Source of the DNA: Sphaerodactylus townsendi
Taxonomy: Eukaryota
Assembly: GCF_021028975.2 (NCBI RefSeq)
Contig: NC_059436.1
Coordinates: 6,696,001 to 6,760,000 of the forward strand
DNA length: 64,000 nt
Direction of reading: 5' to 3'
The notes beneath the pieces are model-generated. The model ran no database searches. It was not told the origin of the DNA and worked only from the letters and a program-made list of their open reading frames with translations. Every line of letters starts with the position of its first letter. Positions within the stretch are counted from its first letter, which is position 1. This document shows, piece by piece, positions 10,938-22,005 of the stretch. A program made the position numbers and the translations under genes.

Positions 10938-11850
10938 TAATAATAATAATAAGCCTTTATTTGGCATAACAATAATCATAACACAATAAAAAACCTGAGA
11001 TAAAAGGTATACAAATACAAAGGTTTAAGATAAAAGGTATACAAATACAAAGGTTTAAGATAAAATATAAATTATTGATTGTGCATCACCTCCAGTAAAA
11101 ATTGTGCAACCAATTCACAAGTTTCATTGTCAGAATTGTCCAGAAGAAAAGGAAGTCTACTTGATTCTTCCATTTCACTAGGTATCCTAGAAAGAATGTT
11201 GGAATATTTTGACTCTGATATTAGCAGATTTAGGGCAGAAAGCCAGTTGCTTATGTGCCACATGTTTCAATTTGTTCTTCACCACAAGAGCATACCCTTT
11301 CGCTCATTTCCAAGTTGTTAAATCTACCACTAATAAAGCGGAGGGGAAAGCACTGAAGTTGGAGCAGAAGTGGAGGGCTCTTTTCTCTGCATTGGATTAG
11401 TCAAAAAATACAAATAGGGAGCCATCCTGTTTTGATATCCAGGGGTATTGAAGTAGATGTGTGGGTGAACAAGTTTTCATAGCAGCCCTAAATAAATTAA
11501 TCCATTCGCTTTCCAACAATTTTTGACTCTAACAAGTTGTAGATTGCTTTGAACTTCAGATCCAGCGGGAAAAGCCAGTTCGAGATATACCAAGTGATTC
11601 AATCTTTCTTTCGATCAGAGAGAACCATGGATTAGCCTGAGTATCAGACAAAAGTAGGTGAATCAGCGAGTGCTCATCATGCGAGAAATGCAGGCGAAGC
11701 CAAAATTTAAAAGCTCTCAACCAAGCCCTATAAACTAATGAATTTTGGCCCAGTTCTAAACAGAGGGTCTAAACTGATTTATTTAGGGACATATATGGAA
11801 AACATAATTTCCTTCCAATATCTATTGGAATGGTCAATAGCTGTCTATTG
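10938..11850 (-). mobile_element. RTE-X-like LINE, 5'-truncated 3' portion
   Basis: Minus strand encodes ELGQNSLVYRAWLRAFKFWLRLHF..., GRFNNLEMSERVCSCG... and FLLDNSDNETCELVAQFLL*, with frameshifts; 3' aataaaggc(tta)n tail; 30-bp tandem duplication in the 3' UTR (~10998-11065). Confidence 0.75.
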
Positions 11851-12119
11851 ACCATTCAGGATACACTAGTGTGTGAAATGGCTACCTGGTACTTTATTGC
11901 ATACATGCATACATTTACCTGCATGCTTGAGCTACATGGTGCCTTAGTGTGATGCACATCAGTTCCCATATGTACTGGGATGCATCCATCATCACCAATC
12001 AATGACTGAAACTCCAAGACACTTGGAGAAAGAAACTGAGCTCTAAAAAAAAGAAAAAAATGGCAGCTCTTGCAACTCACATTGGTGATAGAAAGTGGTA
12101 TCAAGTATCAGCCAAGCTT

Positions 12120-12287
12120 TGATGACCCCCAAAGTGTTTTCAAGATAAGAGATGAACAAGGATAGTTTGCAATTGCCTGCCTTTGTGGAGCAAACTTGGA
12201 CTTCCTTGGTGGTCCCTCATCCATATACTAAGCAGGGCCTACTCTGCTTAGCTTCTGATATCTAGACTGGGCCATTCAGGTCAGGGT
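12120..12287 (-). mobile_element. 5S rRNA-derived Sauria-type SINE
   Basis: Reverse complement has ...cagaagctaagcagagtaggccctgcttagtatatggatgagggaccacc, matching the 5S internal control region. Confidence 0.75.
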
Positions 12288-12460
12288 GCAATCCACACTA
12301 CCAAATCTTTAAGAAGGCATGCACAAATGATAAAAGAAACTGGGACAAATTATAGACAGTGTTTTACCAAGGATGGATATTAGAAAATCAAGACTGTGCC
12401 TGGCAAACAGGGATAGTTGAAGTATATAGCAGGGTCATCTGTTGCTAGGTGGATGAATAT

Positions 12461-12983
12461 TGTAACCTCAGCTTGTGGGTTCTGTGGGGCAGAACTTGGA
12501 ATGAGTTTGCAACAACAAATTTAAAAAAAACAAAACTGTTTACTTTCTTAACATATAACATCAACATTTAACATCACACTTCAAGGTCCTGTTCAGGTTG
12601 CATTTTCAAGTCTTTATATTTACAGTCTACTGATACTGCCAAGTCCAATTCTTCTTTGCAAGTTGGTTGGCTCCTGAAGACTCCAAGGACTTGATGAACA
12701 GGATTCAACATGATGAAGGTTTCCAGGAGAACTCTCACCCACTACAACCACAAAAAACCCTGAAACAAACTCCAACATTTACAACATGGCAAAAATAAAC
12801 AACTACCTTCCCACTAGTTCCCAACAACATTGCAGTTACCTTAACAAGGTGTTAAGGGCTTATACAGATAAGGTCCGAGTCTGGTAGCCTTGTCTCCTCC
12901 AAACTACATGAGCTCTGCAGCCTTTTGCTGCTTTGAATCTCCACCCCTTTCCGGGTCAACCCATTCTGAGCATGGGGGTTACA
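12461..12983 (-). mobile_element. Solo LTR (Gypsy/ERV type)
   Basis: TGTAAC...GTTACA termini, flanking AATAT direct repeat (12456-12460 and 12984-12988), homologous to 57094-57620. Confidence 0.88.
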
Positions 12984-13572
12984 AATATCATTCGATTTTG
13001 TCTTGTAATTTTAGTGCAGTGGAAGTTTTCTCTCTGGGCTTTGCACCATGTCAAACTTCTGTTTGCTCCGTTGCTGCGTTAGTGTGGTATTCTTAAAGAG
13101 GGGCTGGTGCAAGCTAAGGATGATGATTAGATCCCTCTCATCCGCAAAGGCTCATTTCAGAGATGTTAAGTCACAAATTACCCTCCATGGGTCCTTTCAG
13201 GCCCTCCAGGAAGCACTCTTCTCTCTCGCCTTCTCTCCATTTTTCTCTCTGGGTTTGTCCATTCCTCACTGTGACCCTGCCATCTTTGTGAGTCTCTGCT
13301 GTGCAATTATGCACTGAAGGCCAAAAGTTTAAAAGAAGTGGAAAGGATGCACTTATCATGGTAAGTACTTGCATTTCTGGGATACCATGCATTTGTCTTG
13401 CCCCTTGAGAGTAATGATCTCAAAATATGTAATTAACAAAGCTTGTACAGGGAAAATGCTTTTGTTCACATTATTGTGTTGTGAGAACAGCAAAAACAGG
13501 ATTTTTTTTTAAAAAAAAAGACTGAGTGGGATACAACTGACTTTTCTGTTAGTGAAAAAGATAATATGGGAT

Positions 13573-13938
13573 TAGGGGCAAGGCTTCAAACCTCTAGGGT
13601 CCCTTCCGCACATGCAGAATAATACACTTTCAGTCATTTTTCACAATTGTTTGTAAGTGGATTTTGCTACTCCACACAGTAAAATCCATCTGCAAAGTAC
13701 ATTGAATGTGGATTGAAAGTGCATTATTTTGCATGTGCGGAAGAGGCCTGTGTGAGACCTGGAGATCTCCTAGAATTGCAACTGATCTCTAGACTGCAGC
13801 GACCATTTTCCTTGGAGCAATGGCTGCTTTGGAGGGTAAATTTTATGAATTACACCTACCCAAGTCTGAGGTCTCACACCCAAATCTCCAGGCATTACCC
13901 AGGTTGGCAACCCTTGAGGATTGGAGTTGGCAACCCTA
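13573..13938 (+). mobile_element. hAT-type (Blackjack-like) element interrupted by a palindromic MITE
   Basis: Family motifs cctggagatctcctagaattgcaactgatctc ... ggttggcaaccct; the right terminus appears twice. Confidence 0.7.
13598..13748. mobile_element. Palindromic MITE (PIF/Harbinger-like)
   Basis: ggtcccttccgcacatgcagaataat ... attattttgcatgtgcggaagaggcc. Confidence 0.85.
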
Positions 13939-15278
13939 GAGGATGAAAAAGGCTATGCTGGGGATCATGAGCCTTAAATGGACAGAAGTTGTGAGAGACC
14001 ACAGCTGCAGGAAGGAGTGGGTGAGACTGAAAAAAAACCTATCTGGATCCAACCCACTATCTGTCAATTCAGAGAAAAACATAGAGGGTTGGATTCTATT
14101 ACTGGCCTTTGAAGCTATGTGAGAGCCAGCAGGAGCTACATCTATGGGGGCGGCCCCCATCTCCACATGAGTGGAGGGGAATTTGGCAAGAGGAAAAGCT
14201 GGCAGGATTCAATGCAAAGTTTGAAGAAATAAAACATAACAATAAGAAAATGTTAACTTTTTTCCTTCAGTTACAGCCAAGCAATATAGTGAAAGCTGGT
14301 GAGAAGCGGTGATTGAACAATTGAGCTAGATGTCAGGAAGTCTTTGTTTAAACCCAGCTTCTGGACATGGCTTTTCCAAATCACTCACTGGTTTCCATTA
14401 ATAACAACTGACCCACCTTACAGGTTTGTGGTAATGCCTGCGAAACGCTTGGAACGCTCTGACAGCGCTGTGAAAATGCTACCTGTTATTAATAGAGCTC
14501 TGAACTTTGAGAGGTTCAGAAAGTGCTCAGAGCTGACTTAAATTTCTGCAGAAGGAAATGAGTAAATACCTTTGAAGGCTGATGAGGGTGGGTGAAGAAG
14601 GGAGCGACGAAACAGTGCCATTCGGAACCATGCTCTGCTGGCATTTGCATGAACATTGTGAAGTCTTTGAAGAGAGATGAATGTCCTTAGCGTGAGCTCC
14701 CTGAGCTGATCTCTAATCTCACCAGGGCCACCAAGCAAGCAGCTTGCAGGTTGGCAGTAGTGGGGATTGCAAAAAACAGTCCCTTTGAGCTTCTGACGAG
14801 AGGGTTCAGTATAGGGCATGCTTAAAACTTTATCTAATCCCATAACCCTTGTAGTTGCACATCAGGGGAATTCAGGGAAGTGACAGCATATTTTATTCAC
14901 TTAGAGATGAGATACGAAGTCTGACCAGTTTGGTGGGATGCCAGTGTTTAGAGTTCATCCGCATCCTTTCCAGTATTTATTTGATTAAAAAAATGATTTT
15001 ATCCCACATTTCTAACTAGCTTGGGGTTGCTTATAGCTGTGAAACGTACATCTGGCTCATTCATCAACAATATATCTGAAGAGTGCCTAATAATCCAGAT
15101 CCTCAGTGGCTGCAAAATGTGACTTTATCTTCATTGATGGTAAAGATTTCTTTAATTGATTTGTTTATTTTGAGAATGTTTATACTATCTTTCTAAGGTT
15201 TACAAAGGTAAGCAGGGAAGAATTTTACTAGAAGTTGCTCCTTTCCCCAAAACGAGGCTGAGTCTGCACATTACCTGG

Positions 15279-15490
15279 NNNNNNNNNNNNNNNNNNNNNN
15301 NNNNNNNNNNNNNNNNNNNNNNNNNNNNNNNNNNNNNNNNNNNNNNNNNNNNNNNNNNNNNNNNNNNNNNNNNNNNNNNNNNNNNNNNNNNNNNNNNNNN
15401 NNNNNNNNNNNNNNNNNNNNNNNNNNNNNNNNNNNNNNNNNNNNNNNNNNNNNNNNNNNNNNNNNNNNNNNNNNNNNNNNNNNNNNNNNN
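15279..15490. other. Assembly gap (N run)
   Basis: Run of N. Confidence 1.
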
Positions 15491-16893
15491 CCCCAAAATG
15501 AGCTCAGGGCAGCCTACAATGGAGAAATTTCTCATCATGGACATCACCGTACGATAAAACCCTGATATAAAATTCTAAAATGCCAAAGAACCTTGGTGCC
15601 TTAAAATTGAGGGTATCAAATATAGCCAATACCATCCCAAATCAATATCTTCAGTCCTATTGGGGAGGGAAAGAGAAGGGAGGGAAGCCAGCCAGATGTC
15701 CTCAACCATTGTCCTCAGCCATTGTGCTCAGCCATTGTTGTCCTCAACCATGTCCATGGGCGTGGGGAACATCTCCATCTTACAGGCCCTGTGAAATTGC
15801 ACTAAATCCCAAACAAATTGCCGTGCCTTCCTCACTGCAATGCTGTTTCTAGGAGCAGCCTTGTAAAGTCATCCTCTTTCATCCCACGTGCATAACCCAC
15901 CCACCAACATTTTGCTGCAATCTTTCTCAAATCTGGGGCTTCCATGCCCCAACTGTTGTGTGTGAAGGGGGGGAAAAGTCAGCTGATGAGGGTTTTCTCA
16001 GCATTCTCATTCTCTAACAGAGGTCTAATGTTGTCCTTTAAGGAGTGCCCTGGATGGCATTTCTTTTGTGATGTGCGCTCAGTTTGAAAGTCCCAGTAGG
16101 TTCTGTTTGATGGGGGCAAACCAAATGACATCAGAGAGGCAGAGATTACCCCACCTAAATGAGACATGTGTTCTAATTAGAAAATGTAATCACCTCAGGC
16201 GGGCTCATTATTGCTGTCTTTATGTTTGTCATTTCCACAGCCTTCAGGTCCCTGGTAATTCCTTTATCTGACTTGTACTCAAGGACATCAAGTTTTTAAA
16301 TCATTAAATACCTTAAACTCTCTTTTTCAAGGAACTTTGAAGTAATTGCTTTTTTGGTCATGTAAGGGGTTTGAGTCTCCCAAAATCTCAGAGGAAGACC
16401 TTTCATCAGTGTCTGTATATATCAAATGATCTTTTGTGGCAAAAGGATTTTTTGGCCAGACAGTTGGTGTGGGGAAACAGACGAGAGAGACCAACAAATG
16501 CTTTATTTGCATGAGTTTTAGCACACACAACAGTGATCTGAAGAATTTACTTGTGCTAACTGGTGAAAGGCAGGGGGGTCTTAATATGCATAAGCGGACA
16601 GTTGAAACTCTTCATGGTATGGAGCTAAATAGCATCACCAGATATGAAACGGATATTCAAGGAATGGCTAGAGGGATCGGTTTAAAAGATGGCAACCTAG
16701 AACTGCTCCTTGGTTTTAAAACAGATCAGAGTTCCACAAAGTGGAAACCTGAGTGGAAAAATCCCTTCATCAAGCTTCATTCAGCAGCTAAATAAAAACA
16801 AAGAGTGGGTAGAAAAAAGATCCTGAGCTTGCTAGACAGCCCACATTATGATAGTCTTAAAACACAGCAGATGAGGTTTAACATCCATTCAAG

Positions 16894-17071
16894 GAGGGAC
16901 GGAGCGAGGGGGAAATGCACCCAGTGCGCGTGCATGCCCTGCACCCCTCCAAGCCCCTGTCCACTCCTGGAATGCCCCCGTTCCACCCCCACCACGCCCC
17001 TGGAATGCCTCTGCAGGGATGTGCCTCTGGTGTGTCGCGCATTTCCCCACCCCCTTGGTGCTATGCCTCTG
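16894..17071 (+). mobile_element. GC-rich hAT MITE (CAG.GGCGTAGC-type termini)
   Basis: Perfect 8-bp TSD CATTCAAG (16886-16893 and 17072-17079); homologous to 26024-26188. Confidence 0.85.
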
Positions 17072-17711
17072 CATTCAAGTAACCTGGCTGATATGTCTAG
17101 GTTGATTCATGGTCTGCTCCTGTGGCTTTAAGAAGGATTTGCTTCTGCAGAAATCAGCAGGTGAAGCTTTTCATGACCATGAAGCAAGACTTTAGTGTTT
17201 GCTAACAGCAATCCTGCTGCATTTGATAGGATAAAGGCACAGGCTCCTTCAATAGTTGACAACTCTGCTAGAAACTGGCTGGGGAAGAGAAATAGGGAAG
17301 GGTATAAAAGAAAAAGACATCCAAGGGGAGTTAGAATCTAGAAAGTGACAAATCTTTTCTAGTAGGGAGAAACAGTGATAGCATGTACTCTAACTGTTCC
17401 AATTATCAGGTACCATCTCTGGCTCTTAGTTATATGCCTTGAGTAAATGGCCACCTGTTTGTTAACCTTTTGCAAGTTGCTATTTAGGAGACTTCCCCAT
17501 GGTCTCCTAAAATGTATGTTTCTTTGGGTGGATGGATGCATCTTCCCTCTAAAAAACGTACACATAAAAGTGTGCACATGAACACTAAGGCATTGTCATT
17601 TCACCAGCTTCAGTTGTTCAGTTATGTTCCAATAGCAGGGCATGATGCATTTCTAATGGTATTGTTTTTTAATCAGTTTCTTCCTGTCTACATTGGGGGA
17701 TGAGACGGTCA

Positions 17712-17905
17712 TGCTGCCAAATCCAGGCTGGAAAACTCCTGGAGATTTGAGAATTGAGCCTAAGGAAGAAAGACTGGCACCTCAGTGGGCTACAGGGCCA
17801 AAGTGTCTACTCTCCAAAACATCCATTTTCTTCAGGGGAATGGACCTTTGTAGTCTGGAGATGAGATGAAATTCTGGAATCCCCTGGTCCCAACTGGAGA
17901 CCAAC
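17712..17905 (-). mobile_element. hAT-type (Blackjack-like) element
   Basis: ctccaaaacatccattttcttcaggggaatggacctttgtagtctggagatgag family motif. Confidence 0.7.
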
Positions 17906-17907
17906 TT

Positions 17908-18006
17908 TTGATTGATTGATTGATAGATAGATAGATTGATAGATTGATAGATTGATAGATTGATAGATTGATAGATTGATAGATTGATTGATTGATTGAT
18001 TGATTG
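17908..18006. repeat. (GATT)/(GATA) compound microsatellite, probably the tail of a minus-strand L2-type end (18006-18090)
   Basis: Seen directly; followed by tttataccctgccc...gggcagcttacag. Confidence 0.9.
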
Positions 18007-18131
18007 AATTTATACCCTGCCCATTCACAGCCAAGGTTGGGCGCAGGGCAGCTTACAGTAAAATTAAAAACATAGTCACAGCAACTTAAAACGAATTAAC
18101 ATGTGGAAAGGTGTTGCCCGTCAGGTTAGAC

Positions 18132-18278
18132 CAGGGGTGTCAAACTCGCGGCCCTCCAGATGTTCATGAACTACAATTCCCATCAGTCCCTCCCAACATG
18201 AGCATTGACTATACTGGCAAGGGCTGTTGGGAAATGTCATTCATGAACATCTGGAGGGCCGCGAGTTTGACACCTGTG
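18132..18278. mobile_element. hAT-Charlie-type hairpin MITE
   Basis: ~39-bp TIR caggggtgtcaaactcgcggccctccagatgttcatgaa (2 mismatches); perfect 8-bp TSD GGTTAGAC. Confidence 0.93.
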
Positions 18279-19227
18279 GGTTAGACAATGTTGGACTTAA
18301 AAGATACTGGCATGACTCAGGAGGAGGCAGCTTTGTATGTTGCTTTCATTTTTCCAAATTGCTGTTAAGGATAACGGAGCACACTAAAATAACAGCAGAC
18401 CGAAAGGAAGCATCTCAGTTTGGTGATTCGGGTGAAAAGCTTCAAGATTGGATCCTAGCTGAATCTTCCCTCGTGTGATGAAAAGTCAGAGTGCTCTGAG
18501 ATTTTGCTGAGGCCCGTTTTTCATTATACAGTGAATTCACTTACTGGGATAGAGGTGGATGAAGCACTGGCCCAGAACGAGAAATATGTCATAAGCATTA
18601 TCCGGTTGGACCCAAGATCTTTTTCCTGTTTGGGAGGGAGACTTCATAAACTCTTGATTTCCCCTGGAAGTTGCCGGGTCCTCGCAAACCGTAGATTAAA
18701 TCTCGCCCATTAATCCAAGTTTCATATACATGGCTCAGGATTCTCTATTATTCAGAATTGCCAGACAAAGAGGCAGCCTTTGAAGCATACAAAGTGTGTG
18801 CAGATCAGCAACAGCCCTCTGCCTTCTGAATTCTTCTGGAGGGTTGATGGCATTAAGAGTGATTTATATTCTGTCAGTTTTATTCAAGAGAAATGATATT
18901 CTGTATTTCAGCTTTTTTTCTGATTAACACTGTTGGGGGAAAAAGGAACTTTTTTTTTTTACACCGTTAAGCTTAATTTATTTTTTCCCCTTTTATTCTA
19001 CACTCTTCTCACTGAAACTATTACTACAAACAGTGGCTTATAAGGCTGCCAGTAAAGGATGTCATTTCTTCAGTGGTGATTCTTTGCCAAAGAATGTGTG
19101 TTTTGGGGACAAAGGTTTAAAACCTGGCCATTAAAAAAAAAGAAATGAAAGGTTGTTCCTGCTGATCATTTCATGGGGAAGACAAACAATCATTTTTCAC
19201 ATTTCTAAATGAAATATTAAATATACA

Positions 19228-19400
19228 CTTGCCAATCTCCTGGTGGGGGACTGGAATGTCCCTAGAATTACAACTGACCTCCGGGCTATAGAGAACAATT
19301 TTCCTGGAGGAAATAACAGTTTAGGGAGGCCAATTATATGGTGCCAGTTCTCTGCTGTACTGAACTCCTTTCTGTCCCCAAAATTTGCCCTTCACAGACA
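19228..19400 (+). mobile_element. hAT-type (Blackjack-like) element
   Basis: ttgccaatctcctggtgggg...tagaattacaactgacctcc...cctggaggaaat. Confidence 0.65.
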
Positions 19401-19724
19401 CTATCCATATATATGTATATGGATGGCTCTGTCCCTCCCCTCCCCCCCCAAACACAACCTCTAGCCCTGCAAGGACTTTTGGAGGCAGAGACCTATCTGT
19501 AGAAAATAGTGCAAGCACTGAAATTCCGCCTTCAAAGAACTTTTATTCATGGGTCTGAATCCATTGCTTTAACCACTACACCACCCTGTTTTTTAATAAA
19601 AGGTTTTTTTAAAGGGATTGGAACTGTGGTGGAATGGGGCTGTAGTCTCCTATAATGATTATTGCACATAAGAACTTGTTTCTACTACGAGGTTTTTTTG
19701 CCTTTGTAATTCCACTACTGCATT

Positions 19725-20015
19725 GAAGAAGAGGAAGAAGAGTTTGGATTTATATTCTGTCCTTCTGTCATGTAAGGAGACTTAAAGTGGCTTACAAATA
19801 CCTTACCTTCACATAAATGACACCTTGTGAGGTAAGTGGGACTGAGAGAGTTCTGAGCGAACTGTGACTAGCCCAAAGTCACCCAGCAGACTTCATGTGG
19901 AGGAATGGGAAAACAAATCTAGTTCACCAGATAAGAGTCTGCCACTCATGTGGAGGTGTGGGGAATCAAACCCACTTCTCCAAATTAGAGTAATCTGCTC
20001 TTAACCAATACAGCA
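19725..20015 (-). mobile_element. Squam3-like SINE
   Basis: (GAA)n tail on the left, gtgactagcccaaagtcacccagc CORE, ggggaatcaaaccc B box. Confidence 0.88.
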
Positions 20016-20419
20016 TTCTATTGCTGTTGATAATATACCATGCCTTAAGGACTTTGTCATTTGCACTGTTTTCTGATTTTGCAATCCCAGCCCTATGACA
20101 TTGTTCAATAGATGTCTTATGCTGTATGACTTAATAATAATTAATTAATTTTAATATTGTACACTACCTTAAATAAAGTAAGGAAATAAAAAATACTATT
20201 AGCTGAAGATCAAATTACAGTTAAAGTCAGTGTGGCAAACAAAGTGGTAACCATACATCCTTCAGACTGAGACAACTCTTCATCAGCTTCTAACAGTGGA
20301 AGGGAGTAGCTGTTACCAAGTGGTTGATGATCAAAGCATAAAGATGTTCCAAATATTAACAACTGAACTATTTTCAGCTGTGAAATTCTGAACAGTATAT
20401 TGTCCAGTTGAGGCATTTA

Positions 20420-20619
20420 GGCAGGGATCAGGGATGAGAAATTCTTAAAGATTTTTTAAGGGGAGCCTGCGGAGATGGCGAGAAATCTCTGTGAAATGTA
20501 ATGCCCTAGAGTTTACCTCCCAAGCAATCATTTTCTTCAGGAGAATGGATCTCTACTGTCTGGAGATCAATTTCAGCTCCAAGAGACATCCAGGCCCCAT
20601 GTGGAGGTTGGTAACCCTA
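20420..20619 (-). mobile_element. hAT-type (Blackjack-like) element
   Basis: ...tctggagatcaatttc...ggaggttggtaacccta. Confidence 0.65.
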
Positions 20620-21315
20620 GCAGAGACTCAGAAGCTCAAACCTGAAAACAGTCTTAAACCAGTGATTTTCCTTCTGTAAAATGAACAGACTCCACTTAGG
20701 AAGGTTAGATTTCAAGATATATACTGAGCAAAAGTGAGTGAGCATGGGAGTGGAAATTATTGATGAATCCACATAGATAGGGGCATAAAAGAAAATGTCA
20801 GATTTCTCTATTTGATTCCAAACATGTTCTTTTGAATGTCTTTGAACCTGGTAGCCATAAATATGTACAGCTCACAAACAAAGTTGGCAGTGGAAGACAG
20901 ATATCAGCACAATGTCTGTTTTTTCCCCATTTTTATGACACATTATATGGATCATTTATTCTATCATTTATATTTTAAACATGTCTTTATTGTCTTTGTT
21001 TCTTTTCTAATCCTGGCCCCACCCCCCTGGTAATGGCCAATTTTCTGTTTCTTCCCTCAGGGACTGAATGTCCAACCAAGTCTCCTCCTTTGATCTGTAA
21101 TACTATTTTTAAACTATTCTGTTCTACTCTACATTTTGTCACGATGATTTGTTTCGTAATGCAGGCAGTGGTTTCACAAAGGAAATTCTTCTCTTTTTCC
21201 TAATGAGATCTACAGTGACAGCTAAGTATGTAATTTTAGAAATGAAATTATGTAGCCTTTCTTCTATACGGTACTTTAGTGGCAACGACCAACAACATTT
21301 ATTTACAGAGCCTCT

Positions 21316-22005
21316 GGCCTATTCAGTACAGCACAAATAAGACGTCCTGGAGATGTCTTAAAAAAAGGCACCTCCTAATTTTTAGTTCAGACAGCATGGA
21401 CGAAAAATGCATCAAAGGAGAAAGAGACTTTTTCCCCTGCCTGGCCATTAAACCTCTTGTTAGTTTCATCTGCTGCTAGTACCTGACATTTTGTGGTACT
21501 GCCGGGACTCTCCATCATGCTACAGCTTTTTGCTTAAGGTTTTCCCAAGACGTCTGCTCTGCAGACTCCGATCTTGGGTGCCTTCTCAGTTCTAAAAGTA
21601 CATAGTTGTACTTTGCTCATACTGCTGATTCAGAAAATAAATAGTTCCTCACTCTTTTTCACCCTTTTAAAACATTTTTGATGAGCTGCCTTCAAAGACA
21701 TGAACACATGCATACAAGAATCGATAGCTTCTTGTACATGTGTGTTTGTGTCTTTGGAAACAGCTCATCAAATTTTTTTTAAAAGAGTAGAAACTATATA
21801 TTGTCTGAATGGGCAGGATGAGCAGGGGACAACCATGTACTTTTTGGGCTGAGAAGGCACCCAAGATTGGAGCCTGCAGAGCAAATGTCCTGGGAAAATA
21901 TTAAGCAAAAGGCTGCAGGCACAATGGAGAATCCCTGCAGCACCACAAAATGTCGCGCATGAAACTGACAAGAGGCTTTAATAGTCAGGCAGAAAAAAAT
22001 AAGAC
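21316..22005. mobile_element. Long foldback DNA element (Harbinger-like terminus)
   Basis: Arms ~21435-21720 and ~21729-22000 are reverse complements; a related arm lies at 29440-29878. Confidence 0.75.

Noticed and set aside
13201-13366. Exon ending at the perfect donor ATG|GTAAGT (13360|13361)
   Set aside because: No acceptor gives a convincing open, recognisable frame; a non-coding exon cannot be excluded
14575-14625. Hammerhead ribozyme core (CTGATGA...GAAA)
   Set aside because: The intervening sequence cannot form stem II and flanking stems are absent; the same holds for the other CTGANGA hits I checked
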